Of a stretch of DNA of 64,000 nucleotides, positions 29,884-42,355 are shown piece by piece (position 1 is the first letter of the stretch; every line of letters starts with the position of its first letter). Source of the DNA: Anolis carolinensis (lineage: Eukaryota); contig NC_085842.1 of NCBI RefSeq assembly GCF_035594765.1, forward strand, positions 16,406,782 to 16,470,781, given 5' to 3'. The notes beneath the pieces were generated by a model. That model searched no databases. It saw nothing but the letters and a program-made list of their open reading frames with translations, and was not told the DNA's origin. A program made the position numbers and the translations under genes.

Positions 29884-31520
29884 CTACAAACATCCAAAGG
29901 GTTTCTCCCCTGTGTGAATTCTTTGATGTGTCAAAAGTGCTGATTTATCACTGAAGCTGTTCCCACACTCCAAGCACTGAAAGGGTTTCTTTCCTGAATG
30001 AGTTACTTGGTGGCGATTTAAGCTTACTTTGTATGGGTAACTTTTTCCACACTCTGCACACTTGTAGGGTTTCACCCCTGTATGTATACTTTGATGCGAC
30101 ACAAAGGCTTGCTTCCAGCTGAACCTCTCTCCACACTCCAAGCATTCAAAGGGCTTCTCTCCTGTGTGAGTTTTGCAATGACGAGTGAGGTATGGCTTTT
30201 TAGAGAAGCTCTTCCCACAGTCCGAGCACTCAAACGGTTTCTCCCCTGTGTGAGTTGCTTGATGATTAGTGAGGCAAGTCTTCTGATTGAAGCTCTTCCC
30301 ACACTCCAAGCACTTAAACAGTTTTTCCCTTGTGTGAGTTGACTGATGGGAAATGAGACGTAATTTGCGACTGAAACTTTTCCCACACTCCAAGCACTGA
30401 AATGGTTTCTCTCCTGAGTGGGTCCTGTAATGGCGAGTGAGGTGCTGCTTTTGAGAGAAGCTCTTCCCACACTCCAAGCACTGAAACGGTTTCTCCCCCG
30501 TGTGAGTTGCTCGATGAGAAGTGAGACTTGATTTGCAAAAGAAACCTTTCCCACACGCCACACATTGAAAGGGCTTCTCTCCAGTGTGCGTAGCTAGATG
30601 ACGACTCAGGTTTGTTTTTTGACCAAAGGTTTTCCCACACTCCGAACATTTGAACTGCTTCTCTTCTATGTGAGTTACTTCATGATTGATAAGGTGCGTC
30701 TTCTGACTGAAACTCTTCCCACACTCCAAACACTGAAAAGGTTTTTGTCCTGTGTGCTTTCTGTAATGGCGGACGAGGTGTGCCTTTTGAGAGAAACTGT
30801 TTCCGCACTCCAAGCACTGAAACGGTTTCTCCCCTGTGTGCGTTGATTCATGAATAGTGAGACTTGATTTGCGAGTGAAACATTTCCCACACGCCACACA
30901 CTGAAAGGGCCTCTCTCCAGTGTGAGTAGCTAGATGACGACTAAGAGATGTTTTTCGACCAAATGTTTCCCCACATTCCAAGCACTGATATGGTTTCTCT
31001 CCTGAGTGCGTGTCCAGATGACGAGTGAGTTGTTTCTTCCTAGTGAAGCTCTTTCCGCATTCAAGGCATTTAAAGGGTTTCTCCCCTGGGGGCATTCCTT
31101 GATGTGACACAAAGTTTGACCTCCACCGGATACTCTTTACGCACCTCAGATAGTTAAAGGTTTTCTCTCTCATTTGAAATCTTTCATGGGAAATCAGAGG
31201 CTTCTTTATACTGGGTGTCCTTTTCCACATACCAGCTTTGAAGGATTTCTCCTCTGAGTGAATTCTTCTATGAACGATAAGGCTTGCTTTACACCTAAAG
31301 CTTTTCCCACACAGGAAACAAAGACATTTACTCCTTTCTTTCCTGTTCCCTGTTATTTCTTCGACTGAGATGTCACCCTCCTGAGAAGCAGGATACATGT
31401 CCCTTCCATTGCCATTGGTGTCTGATTTTCTTTCATTCCTTGTCATCTGCTCCTGCTTGTTCCTTTGCAGGAATGCCTTGCTAGGTTCTCTGTTGTTCTC
31501 ACTCTCTTGCACGTCCCAAC
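29884..31520 (-). CDS. Gene B zinc-finger exon (14 tandem fingers + 1 isolated)
   Basis: ORF 29884-31539; acceptor TTTTTCAG|GTTGG. Confidence 0.95.
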
Positions 31521-33986
31521 CTGAAAAAGAAAAGCACAACTACTCATAGCCCAATCGAGATATATAGACGTAAGTGAAAGATGTAACACAATTATGAAGC
31601 TGAAATTGATTGACATTAAGCTATGGAAGCTTTTGAAAAGGGAGATGTGACTCCAGAGTCACTCTAATGCTTCTCCTGAGAGACCAGATCCATCATATTG
31701 GATATTCCATAACCTATTGCAAAACATTACTTATTGCATAAGCTATGGGAACAGAACTGAACTCAGTCTGTGGTCACATATCCTTTTGCAAATGTGAATC
31801 TCCATGAATATGTGGAGACCACCTTTGGAAAACCACTAGTCAAGAAAAGCATGACCTTGTTAGAAGTAAACTCTTTTAACAAGTGATATTAACAAGCATT
31901 AATGTAATGGCACACGCAGTGCTGGCCCAACATAACGGCCAATGTAAGCGCCTGCTTGTGGCGCATTTCACCGGGGGCGCTGTTGAGGTGCCCCCGCGGC
32001 GGCGGGGACCATCGGGTCCCTCCTCGCCAAACGTGGAAGGCCTCAATTGAGGCATCCCGCGTTCGGCGAGAAGGGACCCGATGGTCCCCGCCACCACCGC
32101 AGGTATGTGTGGGTCCTTGGAGGGGCGCAATTTCGGGGGGGGGGGGCACTAGGTTCGCCTACAAGGCGAAATTACCTAGGGCCGCTTCTGGGCACATGGG
32201 TAAATTCAGCTGTTAAACTGAAGAACCATGTCTTTAGACTGCTAAGGGTAAAGACATGCCACTACTAACATTTAGTTATGGTTGTTTCTTTGCAGTTGAA
32301 GTTGCCCAAAAGATATACGCTCCCTTTAAACCTCTTAGTTAAAATATGCATTCAGAGATTAAACAAAGCCTTCTTTAAAAAATAACATAACTTGTATTAA
32401 TTCACCATACAGGCACATTTCTTAATAAAGTTCAGTTACAGATAGGATGTAGCTGCTTCTTCTCTCTGTGTTAATAACACAGGGGATCAGTCTTAATCAA
32501 TAGTCTATAGTCTTTGAGTATATCTGTACTCACTGAAGTCCATAAGCAAATATTGAAGTCAGTTTAGAAGTCCAAATACCAACTGCTTTCATGAAGTCCA
32601 AACACACACTTGCATGCATCTACCTCCTCTGAGGTGCAAACAGATACTTTATACAAAATGGAGTCTTGAGTCCGCACATGCTCAGTATAATCACGTGTCT
32701 ATAACTCCTCTTGCAACAAAGAGGCAAATTAACAAACACATAGAGTACCGGTTACAAATAAATAGTGAGTGGCTTGGGAGGTTGCTATTTCCAACACATC
32801 AAGTCTCTCATCTCCTTCCCTGAAAGATACTCTTGGGATTTTGAAATCATACGAGCTGCTATCTCATTTTGTTTTCCCACATACCTTAAGCACATCAAAT
32901 TTCTCCTTTTGGTCAAGACTGGGGGAAGCCATGGGAGCTGATGGCTAAGGCAAGGAAGGCTGGGGAGGAGCTAAGAGCTCAATGGACCCAATCTTTCATG
33001 AAGCAGCTGCAACTAATTTGAACTGACCATGCAGCCTGTATTAATATTATTGAAATCATGAGTCCTGAAATACTTCAGTTTTATCTTTTAGAAAGTTTTC
33101 ATTTGCCTTTTATAATTGTGCATTAGATTATAATTGTGCATCTTGCCGTACTTTTAACCATGTTAATATATAATGGATGGTGAGATATGCCACATTCTTG
33201 TATCAGTTTGGATTTTTTTTATTGTGTGCTGAATGGTCAGATGCACTGGGAGTGAGAAGTACAGGCAAAGGCTAGCTACCAAAGTTGTCTTAGTGAGAGA
33301 CAGTATATAAAGGGGGAGGGGAGAAAATTCATGGGATGTTTTGATTAACTGGGAATGGGGTTGTAGTCTTTGTAAAATTGCCTAAATAATAATAATAATA
33401 ATAATAATTTTACTTTTTACTTGCCTTATTTATGGCTCGAGGTACATTACAGCATAATTAAAACACATAAACATTCTAAAAATTCTACAAATAGCAATGT
33501 TATAATGTATTTCAATAAAACATGTATATTTAAAATTTATTTCTATAAAATACATATTAAAATACACATAACAGAAATGGTAGATTTGCGTGAAACCCAA
33601 AGGAGTGGATCGACGACAAATCAGATGGGATAGGATAAGATAACAGAGAGTAAACACAAGACACAAGTTTAAAATTCATGCTATAAACTATATCCTTAAA
33701 TCCTAATGATTGTGTACGAAAATCTAACTAAAGCTTCTAGACTTTTGAGATATTTTGGTTTCTGGACTAGAGTTAGCCTGTACATGACAAATTTAAGAAG
33801 GCTGAAGAAGAGTACTATTTTTTATCCTGTATTTTTGTTTTAATTGATATATTGTATTACTGTTTTCTCCTTTTATAGTGTGATTTGTATTATGTTGCCT
33901 ATGTTTTGTCCTATGTTGTTTGGGCCTCTGCCCCATGTAAGCCGTCCCGAGTCCCCACGGGAAGATGGTGGCGGGGTATAAATAAA

Positions 33987-34028
<42 letters not shown>

Positions 34029-37000
34029 AACAATGCTATTGTTCTTGTAAACTGATTAGAAAGAGTCTTACCTAGAGAGAACACCATCCTCAAATTCTCA
34101 TCCATGACTTCTCCATGGAGGGCCCTTTGGCCTGGAGACAGCAGGGCCCACTCCTCCTCCGTGAAATCCACAGACACCTCTTCAAATGTCACCTGAATTA
34201 ACAAGACATGAGCCATGAGTCGTGGTGTGGAAAGGTCTGTCAGGAGGCAAAGGCAAGGCAAGAGTTCTGCTAAGAAAGGGACAATCTTCAAAGGACGTGA
34301 GCACCCAGCCAACCCTCTTTTCCACCCAACAGGAATCCTGTCCCTCACCTGGTTTGGCCTCATAGGAACTGTTCTAGATCCATCCGTATGAAGAGATGCT
34401 TTTGGCCATGTCCTTGTTGCACCTCCTGTAAGGAAAACAAAACGGATCAAGGAATATTCTTTACTACACTCTCTGTTTCTGATTTAATATTTCCGTAACA
34501 GGCAGAGAGCAAAAAAGCATTGATACACACACACACAAATAGGAAGGTAATTACAGAATCAAAGTAACTGCTACATGGAAATTATCTTAATCTGGAGACC
34601 AGACAGAACTAAAAGGAGACCAGACAGAACTAAACAGTTGCATTAGATCTTAACAGTTTGAAGAAAGGTCTTAGAAATTTGGTTGAGAACCAAACACGAC
34701 AGAGTTCCTGTCAAGGGGTAAAGGAGACTAGACTTTTCTAATACTGGTTATAATGCCATAAATAATGTTCAGCTCTTACCTACTTTTCCTTTGAAAAGTT
34801 ACATAGATTTTAGCTTAGAACTGTGTCCTATGGAATATAGTTACTAGGACTTTTTTGGTTTAGAATCATGAGTGTTTCCATCTAGTACATCTTTCATTTC
34901 ACTCCTCTCCCTTTAAGATAAAAGTATGAGAGAAAAGGGAAATGCTGAGGTCTGTGCTAACATGTCAGCACTCTTATCAACTCAACTGCTTCAACCTGTC
35001 TATATTCTGTGGCAAATGCCATACTAAACGCACAAAAACAATTAGAATATGTCAGCAGAAGGAAAGTAATCCTGAGCTTGGCAGGGATGAAAAACAATGA
35101 ACAAATGTGGAGTGGGCTGGGCCTGCTTTAGACCCTTGTTAGGCACCAGGGCTGGGGACATTAGAGATGGTAACACATTTGGGCGTCCCCTGGGCAACGT
35201 CTTTGGAGATGGCCAAATCTCTCACACCAGAAGCGACTTGCAGTATGTTCTCAATTTGCTTCTGACACGATTAAAAAAGCACCAGGGCTAAAAAATTCAT
35301 AGCTATCCAGTGATGTAAAACAATTAACGTGTATTAGTGGCCTTGTTTGATACATTTTTGTATGCACTTGGCAGGAATCCTTACCCACTGAGGTGGATGC
35401 GCTGTTACCATCTTGTGTGACCCACTCATTCTTCACCTCAACCGTCTCTTTGGCAAAGATGGTCTGTACCGAGGACAGGAAAGAAAAAAGAAAATTAGGA
35501 AGAAGACAAAGTCTGGAAGACTAGAGTTGTTGTATGTTTTCCAGGCTGTATGGCCATGTTCCAGAAGTATTCTCTCCTGATGTTTTGCCCACATCTATGG
35601 CAGGCATCCTCAGAGGTTGTGAGATATATCATATACAGTAGAGTCTCACTTATCCAACACTCGCTTATCCAATGTTCTGGACACATTTTTGTAGTCAATG
35701 TTTTCAATACATCATGACATTTTGGTGCTAAATTCGTAAATACAGTAATTACTGCATAGCATTACTGCGTATTGAACTACTATTTCTGTCAAGTTTGTTG
35801 TATAACATGATTTTTTGATCCTTAATTTGTAAAATCATAACCTAATTTGATGTTTAATAGGCTCTTCCTTAATCCCTTTTTATAATCCAACATAATCGCT
35901 TATCCAACGTTCTGCCGGCCCGTTTATGTGGGATAAGTGAGACTCTACTGTACCTCACAACCTCTGAGGATGCCTGCCATAGATGTGGGTGAAACGTCAG
36001 GAGACAATACTTCTGGAACATAGCCATACAGCCTGGAAAACACACAACAACCCTGTGATCCTGGCCATGAAAGCCTTCGACAACACATCTGAAGGACTAC
36101 TTTTCACTATATCCAAATAAAGAGGAAAGCAGTGGGGAGTTTTCCTATACCGAAAAACCTCAGTTAACGAGGTAGATGTGTTTCTATGCAACATGGGAAG
36201 AGGCTGGGATGTGCTACTGTGTTTCCCCAAAAATAAGACAGTCTTATATTAATTTTTGCTCCCAAAGATGTGCTAGGTCCTATTTTCAGAGGATGTCTTA
36301 TTTTTCCATGAAAAAGAATTCACATTTATTGTTGAATTAAAAAATGAACATTTATGTTATACTGTACAGCAGTTCTCATCACAAACTAGCATAACCAGAC
36401 AAACTGTGAAATCCTATCAAGAATTTCTTGTTACTACCATTATTTCCATGTACATCAATCTATGGTACGTACATTTACTGATCCTGCACGTTCTGGTGTT
36501 CGGTTCGGCAGGCATGCTTCCAAAAAAAACCTTTGCTACGTCTTACTTTCAGGGGAGGCCTTATATTTAGCAATTCACCAAAACCTGTACTAGGTCTTAT
36601 TTTCAGAGGATGTCTTATTTTGGGGGAAACAGGATATTGGCACCACAGCCCTCCTGAGCTCAGGGCCACTCCACAAACTGGGAGGGATAGCCAACACTCC
36701 AGAAGAAAGGAGCAGAATTCAAAACGATCTTGACAGACTAGAGAGATGGGCCGAAACTAACAAAATGAAGTTCAACAGGGACAAATGCAAGATACTTCAC
36801 TTCGGCAGAAAAAATGGAAATCAAAGATACAGAGTGGGTGACACCTGGCTAGATAGCAGTACATGTGAAAAAGATCTTGGAGTCCTTGTGGACAACAAGT
36901 TAAACATGAGCCAGCAATGTGATGCGGCTGCTAAAAAAGCCAATGGGATTCTGGCCTGCATCAATAGGGGAATAGCGTCTAGATCCAGGGAAGTCCTGCT

Positions 37001-38144
37001 CCCCTCTATTCTGCCTTGGTCAGACCACACCTGGAATACTGCGTCCAATTCTGGGCACCGCAGTTGAAGGGAGATGTTGACAAGCTGGAAAGCGTCCAGA
37101 GGAGGGAGACTAAAATGATCAAAGGTCTGGAGAACAAGCCCTATGAGGAGAGGCTTAAAGAACTGGGCATGTTTAGCCTGCAGAAGAGAAGGCTGAGAGG
37201 AGACATGATAGCCATGTACAAATACGTGAGGGGAAGTCATAGGGAGGAGGGAGCAAGTTTGTTTTCTGCTGCCCTGCAGACTAGGACATGGAACAATGGC
37301 TTCAAACTACAGGAAAGGAGATTCCACCTGAACATTAGGAAGAACTTCCTCACTGTGAGAAGGACTATTCGGCAGTGGAACTCTCTCCCCTGGACTGTGG
37401 TGGAGGCTCCTTCTTTGGAGGCTTTTAAACAGAGGCTGGATGGCCATCTGTCGGGGTGCTTTGAATGCAATTTCCTGCTTCTTGGCAGGGGGTTGGACTG
37501 GATGGCCCATGAGGTCTCTTCCAACTCTACTATTCTATGATTCTATGATTCTGGAGAGGAGAGACATGGGACTAGTGCTGAGCCAAAGCAATGAGTCCTG
37601 GCCGTAGCAGTAGGAAAACCTTAACAGAGGAAGGCGCTGGCTCCACCTGCATACTATTGTATGCATTCCAGAGTAAAGACTATGTTTTTGAATGCTACCA
37701 CTCTGGATTGTTTTTGTATTTGGCTCAGAAACCAATGGAAGTGTTACTACTCACCTGCTGCTCTTTGAATTTCTCCTCTTCTGCCCGACTCAGGAGGAAT
37801 CCTTCAGCCAAAGCCACGGCCTGGGAACTGGTCTCTGCCCCACATTCCCTCACCCAGCGCTCCATCTCCGCAGGAAGGATGGCCAGGAACTGATCCAGGA
37901 GCACCAGGTCCAGCATCTCCGCCTTTGTATGTTCCTCGGGCTTCAGCCACAGGCGGCAGAGAGAGTGGAGGTGGTTGCAGACCTCTCGGGGTCCTCTGCC
38001 TTCTTGGTAGATGATCTGCCTGAAGCCTTGTTGTGCATCTCCCGGCTCCTTCTGCATGGCTCCTCCAAAGAATCCCCTTCCATGCTGAGCCTGAACAAGG
38101 CCAGGCCGTTCTCCCCACTCGGGGCTCACTGTGTGCATGGGCAT
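29884..38144 (-). CDS. Gene B: SCAN-KRAB-C2H2 ZNF (~767 aa); exons 38144-37755, 35463-35385, 34425-34349, 34192-34072, 31520-29884
   Basis: GT-AG junctions, phases 0/1/0/1, 2304 nt open. Exon sizes 79/77/121 are conserved in genes C and D. Confidence 0.88.
31696..32796. mobile_element. Solo LTR-like insertion (1.1 kb) in the last intron of gene B
   Basis: TATTGGA...TCCAACA inverted termini and TSD CATCA. Empty site CCATCAAGTCTC is present in the paralogues (about 46818 and 58874). Confidence 0.75.
31917..32190. mobile_element. GC-rich hAT-like MITE with an internal ~92-bp palindrome
   Basis: Imperfect TIR CAGTGCTGGCCC/GGGCCGCTTCTG and 8-bp TSD GGCACA(C/T)G. Confidence 0.7.
34072..34192 (-). 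CDS. Gene B KRAB-A exon
   Basis: [41 protein letters not shown]. Confidence 0.9.
36217..36634. mobile_element. Tc1/mariner-type MITE family 2 (~420 bp); other copies 46106-46523 and 48002-48431
   Basis: TIR C(C/T)GTGTTTCCCCGAAAATAAGAC with TA duplication. Empty site GTGCTATTGG is present in the paralogues. Confidence 0.85.
36673..37550 (+). mobile_element. CR1 LINE, 5'-truncated
   Basis: ORFs 36765-37067 and 37016-37540 (ORF2 C-terminus) and an ATTCTATG tail. Absent from the paralogous introns. Confidence 0.93.
37755..38144 (-). CDS. Gene B SCAN exon
   Basis: [51 protein letters not shown]...AVALAEGF. Confidence 0.9.
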
Positions 38145-38734
38145 CTCAGCCTGTAACCTGTTCCCACACTGAGTGCTTTGCTCTCAATCACCTCCCTCTC
38201 TTCCTCTCTCATCCCTGCCTGGGCCTTTCCCCTTCACCTCACCATTGAATTCTCCCACTTCCTTAACTTCTTCCTCTTCCTCTTCCTCCTCTCCCTGTCA
38301 AAAAGAACTGAGTGGGGGCAGGCTGTTACCCAGAAATCATTCTTGCCCATAGTCCCACCCCTTCCTACTATAGTCATGCTCCTTCCTAGAGCAGAGCAGG
38401 AAGGAACCACAGGGACCTCAGAAGGACTGTATTGAAGACTTTGGCGCCTTCTAGAGGACTCCACCTCATGTGCGAGGAAGTCCAATTAATGATATCAACA
38501 TTAATATTGTTAGGATAATAACAATATCCTGCAAATCTCTTGGGAAGACAGGCGTACAAACGTCAGTATGTTGGAAGAAGCCAAGACCTCCAGCACTGAA
38601 GCAATGCTCGTGTCCCATCAACTCCACTGGACTGGCCACCTTGTCCGAATACCCACTCACTGTTTCCCAAAGCAGTTACTCCACTCCCAACTCAAGAACG
38701 GAAAACGCAAAGTTGGTGGACAGGAAAAGAGATT

Positions 38735-39183
38735 TATTATTTACAATATTTATATTCCGCCCTTCTCACCCCGAAGGGGACTCAGGGCGGATTACAATGA
38801 ACACATATATGGCAAACATTCAATGCCAACAAACAACATACATTAGACAGACTCAGAGCCATTTTTAACATTTTTCCAGCTTCACGATTCCGGCCACAGG
38901 GGGAGCTGTTGCTTCACCGTCCAGAAGTGACTGTACTTCCTCATTCCTTTCCTTGTGTTTTGCTGGCAGTTTTATGGTGTTGTAAATTAGCCTCCTGCAT
39001 AAAGCGTCCCTAAATTTCCCTAATTGACAGGTGCAACTGTCTTTCGGGGCTGCATAGGTCAACAGCAAGCCGGGGCTATTAATGGTCGGAGGCTTAACCC
39101 GACCCGGGCTTCGAACTCATGACCTCTCAGTCAATAGTGATTTATAGCAGCTGGTTACTAGCCAGCTGTGCCACAGCCCGGCC
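38735..39183 (-). mobile_element. tRNA-head SINE; same family at 60792-62255 (+, split by an LTR) and a short form at about 40610-40825 (-)
   Basis: Head GCCGGGCTGTGGCACAGCTGG...GAGTTCGAAGCCC (A/B-box-like) and an L2-like tail. Confidence 0.7.
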
Positions 39184-39904
39184 TCTTTTGTTTTTAATGC
39201 CTTTAATTGAAAACTCCAGAAAAAACCACAACTTTTAAAATATATATTTACATATGTTTTGTCAAGAAATAAACAAAAAAAAAGGAAAAAACAAACAAAC
39301 AAAATCCTTAGTAAAACAATTAACCAGGAATATATTTTTGAACCCGAGTACGTTTTGGGATAAGATATTATATATCATATTTTTATATCTATAATATAAT
39401 ATAAAAGACATTATTCGTTTCCTCCTAATAATTATGTCCAATTAATTAAAAAAGAAGACAAAAAATCAACCAGCTATTTAGTATTAATTATTATACATCT
39501 AAAAAAATTAATTCCTTTTCAGTAGCTAAGAAGAAAACCGTAAAATAGAATACCAATAATTAATTAACATTAATTAGCTATTAACATAATTATTAATTGT
39601 CTGATTAATTAGTAAATCCATGAACCGATTATTGATAATTGGCATTGAATGGCTAATTAACAAGTAATTAATTGCCACTTAAATGGCTAATTAATATTAA
39701 TTAATTACAATAATTGACATTGATTAGCTACTTGGCTAGCAATTCATCGCTAATTAGCTAATTAATATCAACTAATCGACGAGAAAGATAACGTTCCCTT
39801 GTTAATTGGCGACTGAAATTCGGGTATGTATAAAATTGATGTTTTACTATTATTTTGCCTGGCAATCTAACGTGACCCCGTCCCTTTCAAAATGAGGAGT
39901 CAAG

Positions 39905-40160
39905 TGGGGTGACAAAGTGGGCGGGGCCTAAAGGATTATTATTAAAATTCTAATATTATTTCCATATTTTCCCCTCGTCTGTCAATCAAAATGTGGCCCT
40001 GCCTCCACCAAAGCCGTGGGAGGGGCGGGGTCAAAGGAAGGGGGGGCGGGGACTCAGGATTCGAACTCTCAACATGTTAATTAATCAAGTTGTTTATTTA
40101 TTTAGAAATATTAGAAAAACAAATGTATTTTTTAGAGGGGAGGGGTCACTTCCTGTCGGG
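39905..40160. promoter_or_regulatory. Promoter-like GC-box/ETS cluster upstream of gene B
   Basis: GGGCGGGG at about 39919, 40023 and 40044, CACTTCCTG (ETS) at 40148-40155, and local CpG retention in AT-rich DNA. Confidence 0.45.
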
Positions 40161-41479
40161 TGCACAAGGTCATAAAAAAGGTACAGTAGAGTCTCACTTA
40201 TCCGACACTCGCTTATCCAACATTCTGGATTATCCAACGCATTTTTGGAGTTCAATGTTTTCAATATACAGTAGAATCTCACTTATCCAAGCTAAACGGG
40301 CCAGCAGAAGCTTGGATAAGTGAATATCTTGGATAATAAGGAGGGATTAAGGAAAAGCCTATTAAACATCAAATTAGGTTATGATTTTACAAATTAAGCA
40401 CCAAAACTTAATGTTATACAACAAATTTGACAGAAAAAGTAGTTCAATACGCAGTAATGTTACGTTGTAATTACTGTATTTACGAATTTAGCACCAAAAT
40501 ATCACGATATATTGAAAACATTGATTACAAAAATAGCTTGGATTATCCAGAGCCTTGGATAAGCGAGGCTTGGATAAGTGAGACTCTACTGTACATATAA
40601 TATTATTACTTATTATTTACAGCATTTATATTCCGCTCTTCTCACCCCGAAGGGGACTCAGGGCGAATCACATTACACATATAGGCAAACATTCAATGCC
40701 TTTTAACATAGAACAAAGACAAACAGACATAGGCTCTGAGCGGGCCTCGAACTCATGACCTCCTGGTCAGAGTGATTCATTGCAGTGATTGATTGCAGCT
40801 GCTCTCCAGCCTGCGCCACAGCCCAAGCTATTATAATATAATTATAATATTATTATCAATAATATTATTATTGATAATATTATAATGTAATACAATACAG
40901 TAGAGTCTCACTAATCCAAGCCTCGCTTGTCCAAGCCTCTGGATAATCCAAGCCATTTTTGTAGTCAATGTTTCCAATATATCGTGATATTTTGGTGCTA
41001 AATTCGTAAATACAGTAATTACAACATAACATTACTGCGTATTGAACTACTTTTTCTGTCAAATTTGTTGTATAACATGAAGTTTTGGTGCTTAATTTGT
41101 AAAATCATAACCTAATTTTATGTTTAATAGGCTTTTCCTTGATCAGTCTTTATAATCCAAGATATTCGCTTATCCAAGCTTCTGCTGGCCCGTTTAGCTT
41201 GGATTAGTGAGACTCTACTGTATAACACTAATAATAATAATACCATATAATAATATTAATTATATATTCTATATTACATATAATATTACTAATAATATTA
41301 CTGTATAGTGGTATAGTTCAATATAGTAATATATAATGCTAATATTGTGCTATGCTAATAATATAATATATTGTATGTACATATAATTTGTAAGCCACTC
41401 TGAGTCCCCTTTGGGGTGAGAAGGGTGTGATACAAATGTAGTAAATAAATGCAGTAAATAATAAATAAATAAATAAATT

Positions 41480-41817
41480 TTAGACTTGGGCTCACCCAAA
41501 GTCTGAAATGACTTGAAGGTACATAACAACAACAACAACAACAACCCTAATTAACTTGACTATCTCATTGGCCAGAAGCAGGACCACACTTCCCATTGAA
41601 ATCCTGATAAATGTTTGTTGGTTAAAATTGTTTTTATTTTTAAATATTGTATTGTTCTTTCATTGTTCTTGTTGTTGTTGTTGTTTTTGCACTACAAATA
41701 AGACATATGCAGTGTGCATCGGAATTTGTTTGTATTTTTTTCAAATGATAATCTGGCCCCTCAACAGTCTGAAGGATTGTGGACCGGCCCTCGGCTTAAA
41801 AAGTTTAGGGACCCCTG
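41480..41817 (+). mobile_element. Right half of a hAT element related to 10098-10868
   Basis: Ends AAAAGTTTAGGGACCCCTG and shares internal sequence with 10720-10868. Confidence 0.7.
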
Positions 41818-42092
41818 GTATAAACGGACACCTTCCATGAGCAAGGCATCCTCAGCAGGCTTCCATTTCCTGTATGGCCTCCTCGTTGTAGATGGAGTGT
41901 TGGTCGTATTCCTCCCGAGCTGTGGTCCAATGGGTTCCTCCTGCCACTCCTGCTCTTCAGTGGTGGGGCAGGAGGAACCCATTGGACCACAGCTCGGGAG
42001 ATTAAAAGCTAACCTTAAAAACTGTGGTATAGACACCATGAGAGAATTGGGAAGCCCTGGCACTTGAGTGCTCTAACTGGAGGTTAGCTGTG

Positions 42093-42355
42093 GTGCTGGC
42101 GTAGTGGGCTAAAGCCTTGTGACTTGAAGGTTGGGTTGCTGACCTGAAGGTTGCCAGGTTCGAGTCCCACCTGGAGAGAGTGTGGATGAGCTCCTTCTAT
42201 CAGCTCCATGCGGGACATGAGAGAAGCTTCCCACAAGGATGATAAAAACATCAAAACATTTGGGCATCCCCTGGGCAACATCCCTGCAGACGGCCAATTC
42301 TCTCACACCAGAAGCAACTTGCAGTTTCTCAAGTTGCTCCTGACACACACAAAAA
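42093..42355 (+). mobile_element. tRNA-derived SINE inserted in the RTE; equivalent copy at 51607-51841; fragments at about 24215, 35175 and 60665
   Basis: TGGCGTAGTGG...GGTTCGAGTCCC A/B boxes, A-rich tail, TSD AGCTG(T/C)G. Confidence 0.75.

Noticed and set aside
29948-31112. Alternative-frame and antisense ORFs over the finger arrays of genes B-D
   Set aside because: Typical shadows of repetitive C2H2 codons (WSVGRAS, VLGVWE patterns).
38440-38447. E2F-like TTTGGCGC upstream of the SCAN exon in genes B, C and D (also 49779 and 63848)
   Set aside because: Sharing is explained by recent duplication, and there is no independent evidence of a TSS here.
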